Part shown: positions 11,141 through 25,271 of the stretch, piece by piece
Layout: each line of letters begins with the position of its first letter
Position numbering within the stretch: the stretch's first letter is position 1
From: Camelus dromedarius
Taxonomy: Eukaryota
DNA length: 64,000 nucleotides
Direction: 5' to 3'
NCBI RefSeq assembly: GCF_036321535.1
Contig: NC_087444.1
Span: forward strand, 77,066,001-77,130,000
Notes under the pieces: model-generated
The model's database searches: none
Told to the model about the DNA's origin: nothing
The model's input: only the letters and a program-made list of their open reading frames with translations
Translations under genes and position numbers: made by a program

Positions 11141-11909
11141 ACAATCTAACGTTTTGCGATCTTTCTTCATGTGTTGAGGACAAGTTACCGCCTTAATTCT
11201 CTCTAGAGCCGAGGAGGTAGAAATTTTTAGTGTCTCCTTTCACAGATGAAAATTCAGAAGTCTCTGTAGGTTGTTAAAGTCTACCCACCTAGAGCGGTGG
11301 GGCTGGGGCTGTCCCCAGAAATGGAAGTCATTCTCTTCCCCATAAAGTGGGAAGAGGGGAAAGGAAAGTTGGGAATTTTAATAAAACAGAAGAGGAAGTA
11401 TGTTCCACCAAAATTAGGGATAAATTAAGAACACAACGAGTGAGTAGTGGTAAGGCTTGGAGACGGAAAATGTAAGAGGATGAGAAAGACATTAAGATGG
11501 GCCAGATTAAAATAGAAGTTAAGTGAATACATTCAGGAGAAACTGCAAGCAGCCCAGCCTTCTGGAAGGATGATTTTGAGTCCAGATCAGAACTCCACTG
11601 CGCACGCGCCACTTGCTGTTGCTTTACAAACGGACGCCCGCCTAGTGACAGTGAAGGTTCAAGGGAAACAGTTGGGCGCAAATCAAGCTGTAATTAGAGA
11701 CGAAATTCTACTTGGTCTGATGTTGGTCCACCTTTGGGAGGGTCTGAGGAGGAGTTTGGAAGAGGTTTGCCTGGGGCCAAGAGCGATGTGGGGAAGGGAG
11801 TGAGGGTGAGTTGCTTAAAAGGTGAGCTGGAGCATGCGCGATGGAAACAAAAACAACTGGAACTCATCCGGATTCTATGAGTTTGGTCGAAATCGCTGTT
11901 ACATCGCAG

Positions 11910-12140
11910 GCAACGTTTATTGAGCATTTACTATGAGTCAGTCACGGTTTTAAACGCTTCACGTTCATTGTCTACTTAAGCCTACAGCAACCCTTTGAAA
12001 TGGGTATTACCAGTGCTCCCATTTTGCAGACAGGGCAACCGAGGCTTGGGAAGGGTCCCTTTCCTGATATCCCACAGGGAGTGAGCAGCAGCACTGGGAT
12101 TCGAACTCAGGTCTTCTGGCTAGGAAGCCTTAACCACGGA
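11910..12140 (-). mobile_element. MIR SINE
   Basis: tttattgagcatttactatg...cccattttgcagacagggcaaccgaggcttggg...ggattcgaactcaggtct. Confidence 0.7.
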
Positions 12141-12341
12141 TAGTGCCTTTCACTGACCTGGGAGGTCCTGGAGAAATGACCCGAAAGGAAGGTCGAGGGC
12201 GTGGTGTAAAGGTTACTATTATTAGTCGGGAAGCTGGGCTCAGCGGAGAGGGCTGTGGGGTTCCTGGAAGGGCCGGTCCAATTCAAGAGGTCCCAGCTTC
12301 TTCTCCACCCTCTCTGGGAAGTGTTCTCTGTCCTCTGGGAC

Positions 12342-15300
12342 TCAGGCCCAGACTCTACCAGGGGCGCGAAACTGGCTGCGCCAGTCGAAAACGACGAGTG
12401 TGCCCAGCGAGATGAGGACCAGGCCGGCCAGCCCCAGGCGGACGAGGTTGCCCTGGGTGTAGTCCGAGGAGCCTGAGCCTGCGGGGCCAGCAAGGGAGAG
12501 AGGCGGTCAGCGTCCGAACCCGCAGTCTCGGCCCACCCTCTGGGTCTCTAGCCTCCAGGGTTGGGTTGAGAGGCAACACCCAACTCAAACTGGAGGGGTT
12601 CCACGNNNNNNNNNNNNNNNNNNNNNNNNNNNNNNNNNNNNNNNNNNNNNNNNNNNNNNNNNNNNNNNNNNNNNNNNNNNNNNNNNNNNNNNNNNNNNNN
12701 NNNNNNNNNNNNNNNNNNNNNNNNNNNNNNNNNNNNCTAGGTCTGAGGGANNNNNNNNNNNNNNNNNNNNNNNNNNNNNNNNNNNNNNNNNNNNNNNNNN
12801 NNNNNNNNNNNNNNNNNNNNNNNNNNNNNNNNNNNNNNNNNNNNNNNNNNNNNNNNNNNNNNNNNNNNNNNNNNNNNNNNNNNNNNNNNNNNNNNNNNNN
12901 NNNNNNNNNNNNNNNNNNNNNGAGTCTAGGGGCGGAGAGCCTGGGCTGGGGCTCGGGCGGAGGGTGCCCTCACCGTCCCAGCTGATGACCAGCGGCTCGC
13001 TGCGCTGGGACAGCACGTAGGGGGCGGAGGGCGTGTGGTAGTAGCAGCTGTAGGTGCCCGGCGCGCGGGCGCCGAGCAGCGGGAAGTCGGCCCAGGGCTG
13101 CGCCGAGTCGCGGTACTGCAGCGGGGCCGCCACGCCCACGCGGTACAGCGCGAAGCTCATGCCCCGCACGCTGCCGGCGCAGCGCAGGCTCACGTTGGCC
13201 CAGGGCGCCACCACCGGCCCGGGCAGCGCCACCAGCGACGGGCGCGGCAGCTCGTCTGCGGGGGAAGAGGACGGGGACCCGGCGGCTGGGCGCTGCCCCG
13301 CGCCTCCCGGGCCTCCCCTTCACCTTCTTTCCCCCCTATCTCCCTCCCCCCTCTTTCCCCCTCCTCTTCTCTCCCTCCCACCTCACTCTTCCTTCCCGCA
13401 TCTCTCTTCTCCCCTCCCTCTCCCTCCCTCCTTTCTCTTTTCCTCTCTGCCTTCCAACCTCCCTCTCCCCGCCTCCCCAGTGTCTCAGCCTCCGTCAAGT
13501 TCGACATTTCCGCCTCTGTCCTACTCTGTGTGTCTCCCTCACCTTCTCTAGTCCGTGTTCCTCTCTGTGCCCTTGTGCCTCTATGTCCCTGCCCTTCCCA
13601 GCGCCTGGGTACCCAAGCGTGCCTTTCTCTGCATCTCTGTCTCCGCCTCCTGTATGTCTGTATGTCGCTTTTCCCCACTGTTTACTGAACAGTGCCTGGC
13701 TAAAATGTTCTATTTTTAACCTCCCAGTCATGCGTATTTCACTCCCCCTGGGTCTCGGAGGCTGTATCTCTCCCAGGGTTTCTTAACTGCAGCACTAGTG
13801 ACATTTTGGATAAATCTGGATAATTTGGTGGCTGTGTGTGTGTGGGTGGGGGAGTGTACTGTCCTGTGCATTGTAAGATGTCTTGTAGCGTCTCTGGCCT
13901 CTAACCATGGGATGTCAGGAGCACACTCTTCCCCAGTCGTGACAACCAAAAATGTCTCCAGACCTTGCCAAACGGGTGGGGGAGAAGGGTACAATTGCCC
14001 CTGGTTGAGAATCACCCCTGCTTCTCTGATGTTCCCTCTCTCTTGTCTCTCCTCTCTCTATATATCTGTCCCTCCTTATCCCACCTGTGTCCCTTCTCAT
14101 AGCCCCCTCCTCCAGGATCTCACCTGTCACCAGCAGTTCCAGGGCATCACTGGGGTGGGACCAGATACCTGGCCCCCAGCTTAACCTCCGGTAGCAGCAG
14201 CAGTAACTGCCTCCCTGGGCTGGAGTCACTTCCTCCAGGAAGAACTCCACCAGCTCTGCAGATACATCCCGGTAAAGCACAGGAGCCATCTCTCCAGACT
14301 TGAAGAGTGCAAACCTCCAGGCGGGCTGGGGTGCCCGGCACCTCAAGGTGACATTGACTCCAGGGGTCACAATTGCAGCTGGCTGGGCCCCCAGCCACGG
14401 CTTAGGGTATGAGGCCGGGGGAACTGAAGAAACAGAAAAATTCAGCAAGGACAAGGTTAAAACATTTGACCATTTCAACATTTTAAAGCTGTGTATGAAA
14501 AAAGACATATAAGTGAAGCAAGAAGTGGCAGCATTGGTAGAAACGGCTAATCTGTAAATCACATAGAGTGTAGAATGAAATCGTAGAGCCAGTCCAAATG
14601 AAAGTTGGGCGGAGCATACGAGTTCACAGAAGAGGAAATCCAATCGACCAAAACACACTTGGCATGTACTACGTGAAGGTTGCTCAACCTCAGTAATATT
14701 ATTTTTAAAAATTAAAGCAACAGTAAGACTTATTTTGGCTATCAGGTTGTCAAAAATTTAAGTAACTGTTAATCCGTTTGGGTGAGTACGTAGTGAAACA
14801 GGCACCGAGGTGCGCTTAGCTGCACCGTTTGAGAAGGCAATTTGTTAGCTTCTTCTATCAAGATACACAAAGGGTAGGGCCAGCCACCCAATACCTCCAC
14901 CCTAGATGAATGCACTCATGTGGACACAAAAACAGGAGCGCTCACTGCTGTATTGATGGTGAGGAGAAAAGTTGGAAACAACTTAAATATACGTAATGAG
15001 GGCTGGGCAAACTAGAATCCAGCCATACAATGCAAATGCTAGACAGAAGTTTTAGAAAAGAGGGAAAAAGAACTAGCTATAATGACATGGAAAGGTCTCC
15101 AAGAGGGATTGTAAAGTGAAAAATGTAAGATGCAACACAGTGAGAGTCAGAAAATATCAATTTTGCTTTGAAAAAAAACAACAACAAAGAAGTACATAAA
15201 TACATATATGTGTTTGGATGCATGGAAATGTTTTTGTAAGGCTTCAGATTATTTAAGGAAGATGAGGAAAGGGAAGAGGAAGGTTGTTATATGCCCTTTA

Positions 15301-16569
15301 ATAATTTTTCAAACTATCAATGTTACCTTTAGCATTTAAAAATAATAATTTAAAATAAATTGGTAGCTAAGGTTTTAATGGTTTTCTAGGTGATTCTTAT
15401 TTGAAGTTGAAGTGTAGTGGGGGAAAATTGAGGGGAAGAAGAAGTCTCACCCATCAGAGAGCCTGGAAAGAAACCCAGAGCTATTTCAGGGTGAAGGACC
15501 CTACTTTCCAAATGGGAGAATCATCGGCATTGCCAGAGATCCTATTTCTTGAGCCCTGCGCTTTGCCGAGCTCTGAGCCAAGGGTTTTACCATGTGATTT
15601 TATTAAATCCTCACAACAGCCCCATTTTGCAGAGAAGGAAACTAAGTCTTAGCGTGCAGTGGTTTGCTCAAAGTCACAAATGAATACTGTGGTGGAAGTG
15701 GGGTTCCAGCTTCGGTCTCTTAAACTCCGAAGTTCGTGGTCTTTGCTACTCACCTGTACTGGTTACCAAAGTGAATGAGGATGGAAGGAAAGAAATCAAG
15801 GAGCGGGGAGGGAAGTTAAGGAAGTCTAGGGTGAGGATGGGCACCAAAATAAAATATGAGTAGTTGGAAATGGGATGTCAGCAACAAATAGAAGAATGGG
15901 TGGGGATGTTACTCACCAGTTGGAGTGATGTCTGCGTGACACACAGGCCCTGTAGAAGGTTGAGGTGGGTTGGTCTGGTTAAAGCCTTTGGCTGCTCCCA
16001 AGAAGTTTGGACCCAAGCTCCTCTGGCCTCTACACTCAAGAGTTCAGACCCTTGGACTCCACCTTTTCCAGGAGACAGTAATCTGAGACCACAGTTTCTC
16101 CTCTCTGGAGCACAGGAGTCTGGGCCCCCAGTTTCCTCCTTTCCCAGGACCCAGGTGTTCTGGCTTCTCTCCCAGATCAAGATCTAGGACTCTATACTCC
16201 CTGTCCCCAGGAGCTCGGGTCCTGAGCCCTCTCCTGCTTCAAAATCTACAGAATCCTGCCCTCAACTTCCTCTTCTTCCAGGAACCCAGAAATTCAGGGT
16301 CCCTGTGTCCTCTTGCCTTAGGACCCAGGAGTCTGAACCCCAGTCCTGTTATTCTGGCCTAGAATTCTGAACCCTCAGCTTGTGCTGCCCTGGTCACCCT
16401 GCACCTGCCCTCTGGAGGACCCTGTAGTCCTGTTCGTTGCCCCCTCCGCCCTCCACATCCAGGTCCCCAGCGCTTGTCTATCTGCACCCCAGCCCAGCCA
16501 GGGACCCCAGGAGAAGAGGGTGGGGGTCTCACAGAGAGTCAGCAGCTGGAGGATCAGCACCAGGTCCAT
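12342..16569 (-). CDS. OSCAR: Osteoclast-associated Ig-like receptor (2 Ig domains, TM with Arg), 262 aa, 5 coding exons
   Basis: Exons on minus strand: 16533-16569 (MDLVLILQLLTL, strong Kozak accATGG), 15917-15949 (WPVCHADITPT), 14124-14423 (Ig1 VPPASYPKPWLGAQP...LELLVT), 12974-13255 (Ig2 DELPRPSLVALPGP...LVISWD), 12342-12478 (GSGSSDYTQGNLVRLGLAGLVLISLG...RVWA*). All AG/GT bounded, phase 1; total 789 nt; matches known OSCAR. Confidence 0.97.
13775..14017. mobile_element. MER20 (hAT-Charlie) in OSCAR intron 3
   Basis: ctgtcctgtgcattgtaagatg...gtcgtgacaaccaaaaatgtctccagaccttgcc...ttgcccctggttgagaatcac. Confidence 0.8.
14510..15340 (+). mobile_element. Old L1 (L1MC/ME-type) 3' fragment in OSCAR intron 2
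   Basis: gaaacaggcac...gaaggcaatttg...gacatggaaaggtctccaaga...gtgaaaaa motifs; highly diverged. Confidence 0.5.
16010..16370 (+). repeat. Degenerate MSR1-like minisatellite (about 37-bp units) in OSCAR intron 1
   Basis: Recurring ...ctcct...ggacccaggagtct... units resembling CCCAGCCCCTCCTCCCTCAGACCCAGGAGTCCAGGCC. Confidence 0.6.
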
Positions 16570-16782
16570 GGTAGGCACTTCTTGGCTGAAGCAGGAGCCA
16601 GGGCTCAGCCTGCCCTCTCCCCTGCTGGGAAATGAGGCAACCACAGAAAGCCAGAGTCCTGTTTAGGGAAGGGAGGAGCGAAGTGGAGTGAGGAGGAGCC
16701 TCAGGGTGGCTGTGTCACAGCCCCATGGTGCTGTGGAAAAACTTGAGAGGGTGTAGTCATAACGGGTTGTGTTCATTAAACT

Positions 16783-16850
16783 TTACATATATGTAATATA
16801 TATAATATACGACATATAGTATTTAATATATATATATATGTATGTATGTG
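16783..16850. repeat. AT-rich (TA)n low-complexity stretch
   Basis: ttacatatatgtaatatatataatatacg...aatatatatatatatgtatgtatg. Confidence 0.85.
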
Positions 16851-17440
16851 GTACGTATTTTGTGCCAGGCCCTGTGTTGCACGATCAAGGGGCACAGAGT
16901 GGAGTCAGACTTAATTACCGCCCTCAGGCAGTTCCCACTCTAGTGGAAACACAGATCCCGACCAGGGCAGTTAAAAATGTTATGTGCACTATAATGGAAA
17001 TCACAGAGGGCACTGTGAGAGTCCACAGAAGGCCTTAACTCCTCTGGAATGAGAGTTAGAACTTGCAGGAAGAACTGAGTTTTAGGTGCGACCTCAAGTG
17101 GTAGATCGATCACTCGTCCTTTCCCAGCCTCCGTTCCTCCACCTGTAAAATGGACTCTCGTAAGTCAACTATAAAATAAGGACTGATGCATTCCGTCTTA
17201 GCTGGGCCGCCTCAAGAGGGCTGGAAGTTACTCTTCCGGAACGACTTTCTAGGCTGAGAGATAAAAGAGAGCGGGACAGGTGTGTCAAGTGCAGGTGTGT
17301 CTGCACTTAAATCTGCAGCACCGCCCCCTTTCCTGCAGCAGCTGCTTCGGAAGGCTGTTCTGAGCCAGTGCGCACGCGCAGGCTCAGACCGAAGAGGCTC
17401 GCTTACAGGGACCACAACTCCCAGAGTGCTCCGCGCCCTC

Positions 17441-17461
17441 GCCGCCGCCGCCGCCGCCGCC
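17441..17461 (+). repeat. (GCC)7 trinucleotide repeat in NDUFA3 5'UTR
   Basis: Read directly; ends 9 nt before the ATG. Confidence 0.95.
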
Positions 17462-17470
17462 GAGACCAAG

Positions 17471-20208
<2,738 letters not shown>

Positions 20209-20251
20209 GCACCTCCTTGGACAGGGAGAGGCCCCCTCCCTGGTGGCCCCC

Positions 20252-20257
20252 AATAAA
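20252..20257 (+). terminator. NDUFA3 polyadenylation signal AATAAA
   Basis: 43 nt after the NDUFA3 stop; GT-rich element downstream (gtctgagagtgtgtg). Confidence 0.85.
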
Positions 20258-20340
20258 AATGCAAAAACCAAACCCAGTCTGAGAGTGTGTGATGAGAGGT
20301 GGAGGCAGCAGACACTGGCCAAGGCGGATGCGGGGGTCAG

Positions 20341-20346
20341 TTTATT
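20341..20346 (-). terminator. TFPT polyadenylation signal AATAAA
   Basis: TTTATT on the plus strand, 10 nt after the TFPT stop codon. Confidence 0.85.
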
Positions 20347-20356
20347 GGGGGGAGGG

Positions 20357-23300
20357 TCAGTCAAAGGGGGGGCTGGCCAGGGTGGGGTAGGGCAGCAGTT
20401 TGTCTGGCCCCCGAGAAACCCAACTGGAGTCTAGGGCCTCATCTGCTTCGAAGCCAAAGTCTTCTTCCACCTTAATCTGGGGAGATAAAGGCAAGGCTGA
20501 GTGGCCTGGAATCTGGAGGAGACCCCTGGCCTCACAGTTCTTGCTTTCCCAGGCCAGACACCTTCCTCTGTGCCCCTCGGGGAAAGTCCCTGGATCCGGA
20601 TGCTTCTCCAGTGTCTCCTCCCCTCACCTGCCTTCTCTCCCTCCTCTGCTGCCAGCCCTCCCCGGTTCTCTTTTCTTCTCCCCGGAACCTCCTCCAGACC
20701 TTCCTTCTCCACGCACGCCCTTGCCTGCATCTTCCAACTCTCCTTCCCTGCCCAGCCCCCACCCTCTCCAACCCTTCCCGCGCCACCTCCTTCCTCTGGC
20801 TCTTCCCAGCCCTGCAGGGCCCGCATCACCCCCACAGAGCCCGGGTCCACCTCTCCCACCTGCACTGGGGCCAGTTCTGGGGTCAGCGCAGCTCCCACTC
20901 TGCGTCCATCCCGGGGCGCTCGCCGCCTCTTCCGCCCGCTGGGTCCCTCGCCGGGGGCCGGGCTGCTGGGTTCCGGGGGTGCAGGCGTCCTTCTAGGTGG
21001 GGACAGCCCCTCTTTCTCTGGAGGCTCGTTCTCGGCATTGCCTGGGGTGGGGGCATCTGTGCCCTGGCTGCCCTCGTCCTGCAGTGGGGGTAGGTGGGCA
21101 GGTGAAGGCTATGTCCTGGGCCCGGGCTCTCCCAGCCCCCTGGCCCCCTTCCCCAAGCTCACCTCCAGCACAATGGTGAACTGGCTGGCGCGGTAGTCAT
21201 CCCCGTAGGAGTCCAGCACTCTCATCAGGAACCTGCGCCCAGAGAGAAGCCACCAGGCAGACAGCTTTGTCTTTTGGCAGCTGGGGAGAGGGTCCCAGCT
21301 CTGACTCTGAAGCCACGGCTGTCCTGGACCCGGAAGGTTCTGAGACCCGGGTGCCGAGCACACGAAGAGCCAGCAAGACTCTGGGCCAGACAGGGTGACC
21401 TGTGCCTCGTTCCTGCTCTGTAACTGGGGTGTGACAATGCAACGGGGCAGTCTGCTGAGAGCAACACTGCCACCTGAATGATCTAAGTGCTCGGTGGGAC
21501 GGCAGCTTAGTAAACAGTCAAGCGTAAGTGATTATCACTCATAACTGGAGGGCGTGGAGGGCGGGGGCAGACCGCTCCCACAGGTGATGCTGCCTTCTCC
21601 TCCCCGTCCCTGTTTCTGAAAGCTCTTTGGTTTTTGTTTTGTTTTTGTTTTTTCCAGCTCCAACTGAGTCGTGCCTGTGAGTGAGCCAGCGCCTGGGCAG
21701 AGCATGTCACAGGCACAAACTCTTTCATTCTACAAGGGTGTACCAAGCACCTGCTCTGCCCCAGGCGGTGTCTGAGGGGCTTGGGGTGTATCAGAGAACA
21801 AAACAAAGATCCTTGTGCTTACTGAACTGAGCCTTGCAAGGGAGGCAGACAGTTAGCAAACGACAAATCACGACAAGTCAGAAAATAGGAAAGGGGATGG
21901 GTGATAACAGGATGAGGGATTGGAACTTCAAAGGGATGGTGGGCGAGGCCTCTCTGGGGTGAGGGGGTGGCGGGAGAAACAGCAAGCGCAAAGGCCCTGA
22001 GGTGGGAGCGTGTCGGACATGTTGTAGGCAGAGCGAGGAGGCAGGTGTGACAGGCCGGACCCCTGCAGGGTTGTGAGCAGAGAAATGACTTGGCCTGTCT
22101 TACATTTTATCTTTTTTTTTTCTTTCACACTTTCAAAAAAATTCTTTTCAAAAGCTGTGGTAAGATATACATAACATAAAATTTACCAGCGTACCCACTT
22201 TAAAACATGCAGTGCAGTGGCATTAAGTGCATTCACATTGTTATGCAACCACCACCATGCAGGTCCAGAATCTTCATCTGGTCCTTGAGCACCTGGCAAG
22301 TGACTCAGATATTGAAATTTTAAGTTTTGTTTAATTTTAATTTAGATTAAAATTGGAACCAAGTGGCTACTGAGCACTGAGAAAGTGATGAGGCTACTGT
22401 GACTGAGAAAGTGAATTTCTAATGTCACTTCATTTTAGTTAATTTAATTGTTCGTGCCAACTAAGCACATCACAGAGGAACTAAATTTTCCATTTCATTT
22501 AATGAATTCAAATTCCCTTCAATGACTATTAAATTTCACTTTCAACGTAAAATAGAGTCGCCGCCTGCAGCTAGCGGACTGGGCAGTACAGGTCTAACCC
22601 AGGAGCCAAGCCGCACATCCTGCAGGTTAAGGGTTTGGGGAAATGAGAGTGACCCAGCAAAGCAGCCGAGAAGTGGCCAGGAGGAGGGGGATCCCAGGTG
22701 GGTGAATGACCTGGACGCCAAGAAATTGCTTCAGAGAAAAGGGTGTCTCCGCTGGGTCAGGTGAGCAGAGGGGAGGACTGGCGCGGGGCGTGGGGCACAG
22801 CATCTCGGAGCCGTCACCTTCAGGCCCGTGCTCCACACTTCCTGGAGGTGGGAACAGCAGGCCGTGGGCCGGCCCCAGAGCTCACACCTCTCCTGGTCGT
22901 GGTGGCCTGAGGCAGGAGGCTCTGAGCTGAGCTCACCCTGGGAGCTCCCACATTGTCTCAGCAGCCTCGTGATTTGGGGGTTACCCTTAGGTGACAGGGA
23001 ACGGCTCAGAGAGGGGATGTGGCTGGCCCAAGTCACACAGCAAAATGGTGCTTGAAACTAACTGACTCTAGGACCCTAAGTCCGGTCTCCTGCATTCTGC
23101 TATACTCCATTCAAAGGGAGCACACCCACTCCCCTCAAGCCCATGGCTCAGCCGTCTTCCAAGGCCCAGTTCCACTCCTGGACCCTGGTTGCCTCAGCCC
23201 AGAGCCCTCCTCTCCAGCCCTGCCTCCTCCTGGCCTGACAGGAAGGTGATGGAAACAGTGCCCAGGGCCGGTGTGCAGTGGGTTACCTCCGCTCCTGTTG

Positions 23301-25234
23301 GAGTCTCCGGGTTATCCTCTGTACCTGGTGGAGCCTGTTCAGGACCCGCTCATTGACCTGCGGGGAAAGCACAGGTCGGCTGCACTCCAGGTATTCAGCA
23401 CATGGTGAACAGAGCCCCCGGTGGGGACCAGGGAGACTGGCCAAGGACCATCCTGGGGCCTCTAGGGCCCGCTGCACCTGCCCCCCACCTCCTCACCACC
23501 TCTCTTGCTCCCCTCCCTCCACTCCACTCCCACCAGCCTCCAAGCTCATGCTTGAGTCCCCCGACTCAACCCTCCTGTCCCAGGGGCTTTGCACATGCTC
23601 TGCCCCAGGTGCCTGCGTAACTCAACTTCTCCAAGTCTGAGCTTAAAGGTCTGAGTCCACTCAGACCCTCCCTTTAAACTGCAGCAGCCCCTCCCCACTT
23701 CCCATGCCAGAACTCCGCCCTCCCGCCACACTTCTCAGGTCCACTTTTCCTTGCCTTGGTCACCATCGCCTTGTGTCCTGTCTCATTACTCAGCGTCCTC
23801 ACTGGCTTCTCCCCAACCAGAATGGAAACTCCAAAGGCCTGGGTCTGTGCCCTGTCCCCAGGGCCTCGAGCAGAACCCGGCTGAATGGGTGCTTCTTAAA
23901 TACTGCTACACCAACGACCTCACAGGGATAAAGGGCTCGAAAGGCACCAAACAGGCAGATATACCGGTGGCTGGGGCAGGAGCTGGCTACTTTAGTTAGG
24001 GCCGTTGGAGGTGTGCGGCTAAGACGTGAAAAAGTGTGTTCTGTTCCTGGGTCAGAAAGACCTGGGTTCAAACCTCAGCCTGCCACTTATCAGCTGTGTG
24101 ACCTTGGGGATGTTACTTAACTTCTCTGAGCCTTGGGTTTCTGCATTGGTGAAAGGAGAATAATAACAACCTATTCCTGGCCGGGGGTGGGCTAAGAGCA
24201 GGGTCTCAAACGCAGCTCCATTTGAGCAAACGGTTGAGTCTCTTTGGACCCCAGCATCCACCAGTTCAACAGGGCTCAGGATACCTGCTGCTTACGGGGC
24301 TGACAGAGTTCCCAGATGTCCTTGTGTGAAGCCCCCAGAGCAGGCCTGGCACAGAGTGGGAGCTCCCAGGTGACAGTGGTCACTCTGACAGCACTGCCCT
24401 TGCACCAAAAGACCCTGTGAACACCAAGTGGCAGGGATTGAATATTACTGCGGAAGGGAGGGGTTCACGTGCGGAGTCTTGAAAAGAGGAGAGAGGAGTG
24501 GCCGTGGAGAGAAGATGAGAGATTGGGGTGAGTGGAAGGATGGAGCAGAGGGAAAGCTACCTGGTAAAAGATAAAATGTGGTATCTAGTTATCTGGTAAC
24601 TCACCTGGTGCATGGGTGTGTCTGCTGGGTCCGTACCTACAAGGAGGGACCAGGGCTGCTGGCCACAGGCTGTGCACAGGCTCACCCTTCATGCAGCTTC
24701 ACGGGAATATATTTTAACACCTGGAGCTGACCCTGCTCCAAGCACTTCCACTGCTCACACTGCCCACAGCCTGGCATTTAAGGCCGTTTCCCCTCCCCAG
24801 CATCCCCGTCAAACTGAACACCCCTCCAGTCCTGAGCAAGCCCTGTGCTACCCAGAGTCCTGAATGCACTTTTCCACCCAGTCAGCCTGACATGCTCTAC
24901 CTAGCCTAAGACTCGGCTCAAACCTCACCTTCCTATTAGTTCTCCTAGTCACTCCTGCCTCTGCATCCCCTTGATTCCTACCCCAGCTCCCGCCTCCATC
25001 CTCCTCTCCTGCCTGGACCACTACACTGACTGCCCCCTTTCCAAAGCTCCCCGATATCACTGTTATGTGTTAGATGGTGTCCCCCTAAAAAGGGGTGTTG
25101 GAGTTCTGACCCCCAGTACCACAGAATGTGACCTTATTTGGACATAGGTCTTCATGGAGGTAATCAAGTTAAGCGAGGTGATTAGAGTGGGCTGTAATCC
25201 AGTATGACTGGTGGCATCCTTATTAAAAGAAATC

Positions 25235-25271
<37 letters not shown>

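Larger units (their letters stand above)
16570..17470. promoter_or_regulatory. Divergent OSCAR / NDUFA3 promoter region
   Basis: Start codons about 900 nt apart, head to head. OSCAR side: RUNX-type AACCACA 16639-16645, NFAT-type TGGAAAA 16734-16740. NDUFA3 side: perfect NRF1 TGCGCACGCGCA 17369-17380, ZNF143-like ACCACAACTCCCAGAGTGC 17411-17429, YY1-type AAGATGGCCGC over the ATG. Confidence 0.75.

Noticed and set aside
1-12000. TARM1 or VSTM1 exons expected by synteny
   Set aside because: I found no recognisable leader, Ig or TM exon of these genes; they probably lie left of the window.
13915-14658. 247-aa ORF as a standalone single-Ig protein
   Set aside because: It is the OSCAR Ig1 exon with read-through into both introns; strong splice sites bound the real exon.
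15076-15090. Minus-strand ATGTCATTATAG, resembling the 12-nt AIIV insert of some human OSCAR isoforms
   Set aside because: It has no AG acceptor or GT donor at the needed positions and lies in an old L1; my recollection of the human micro-exon is uncertain.
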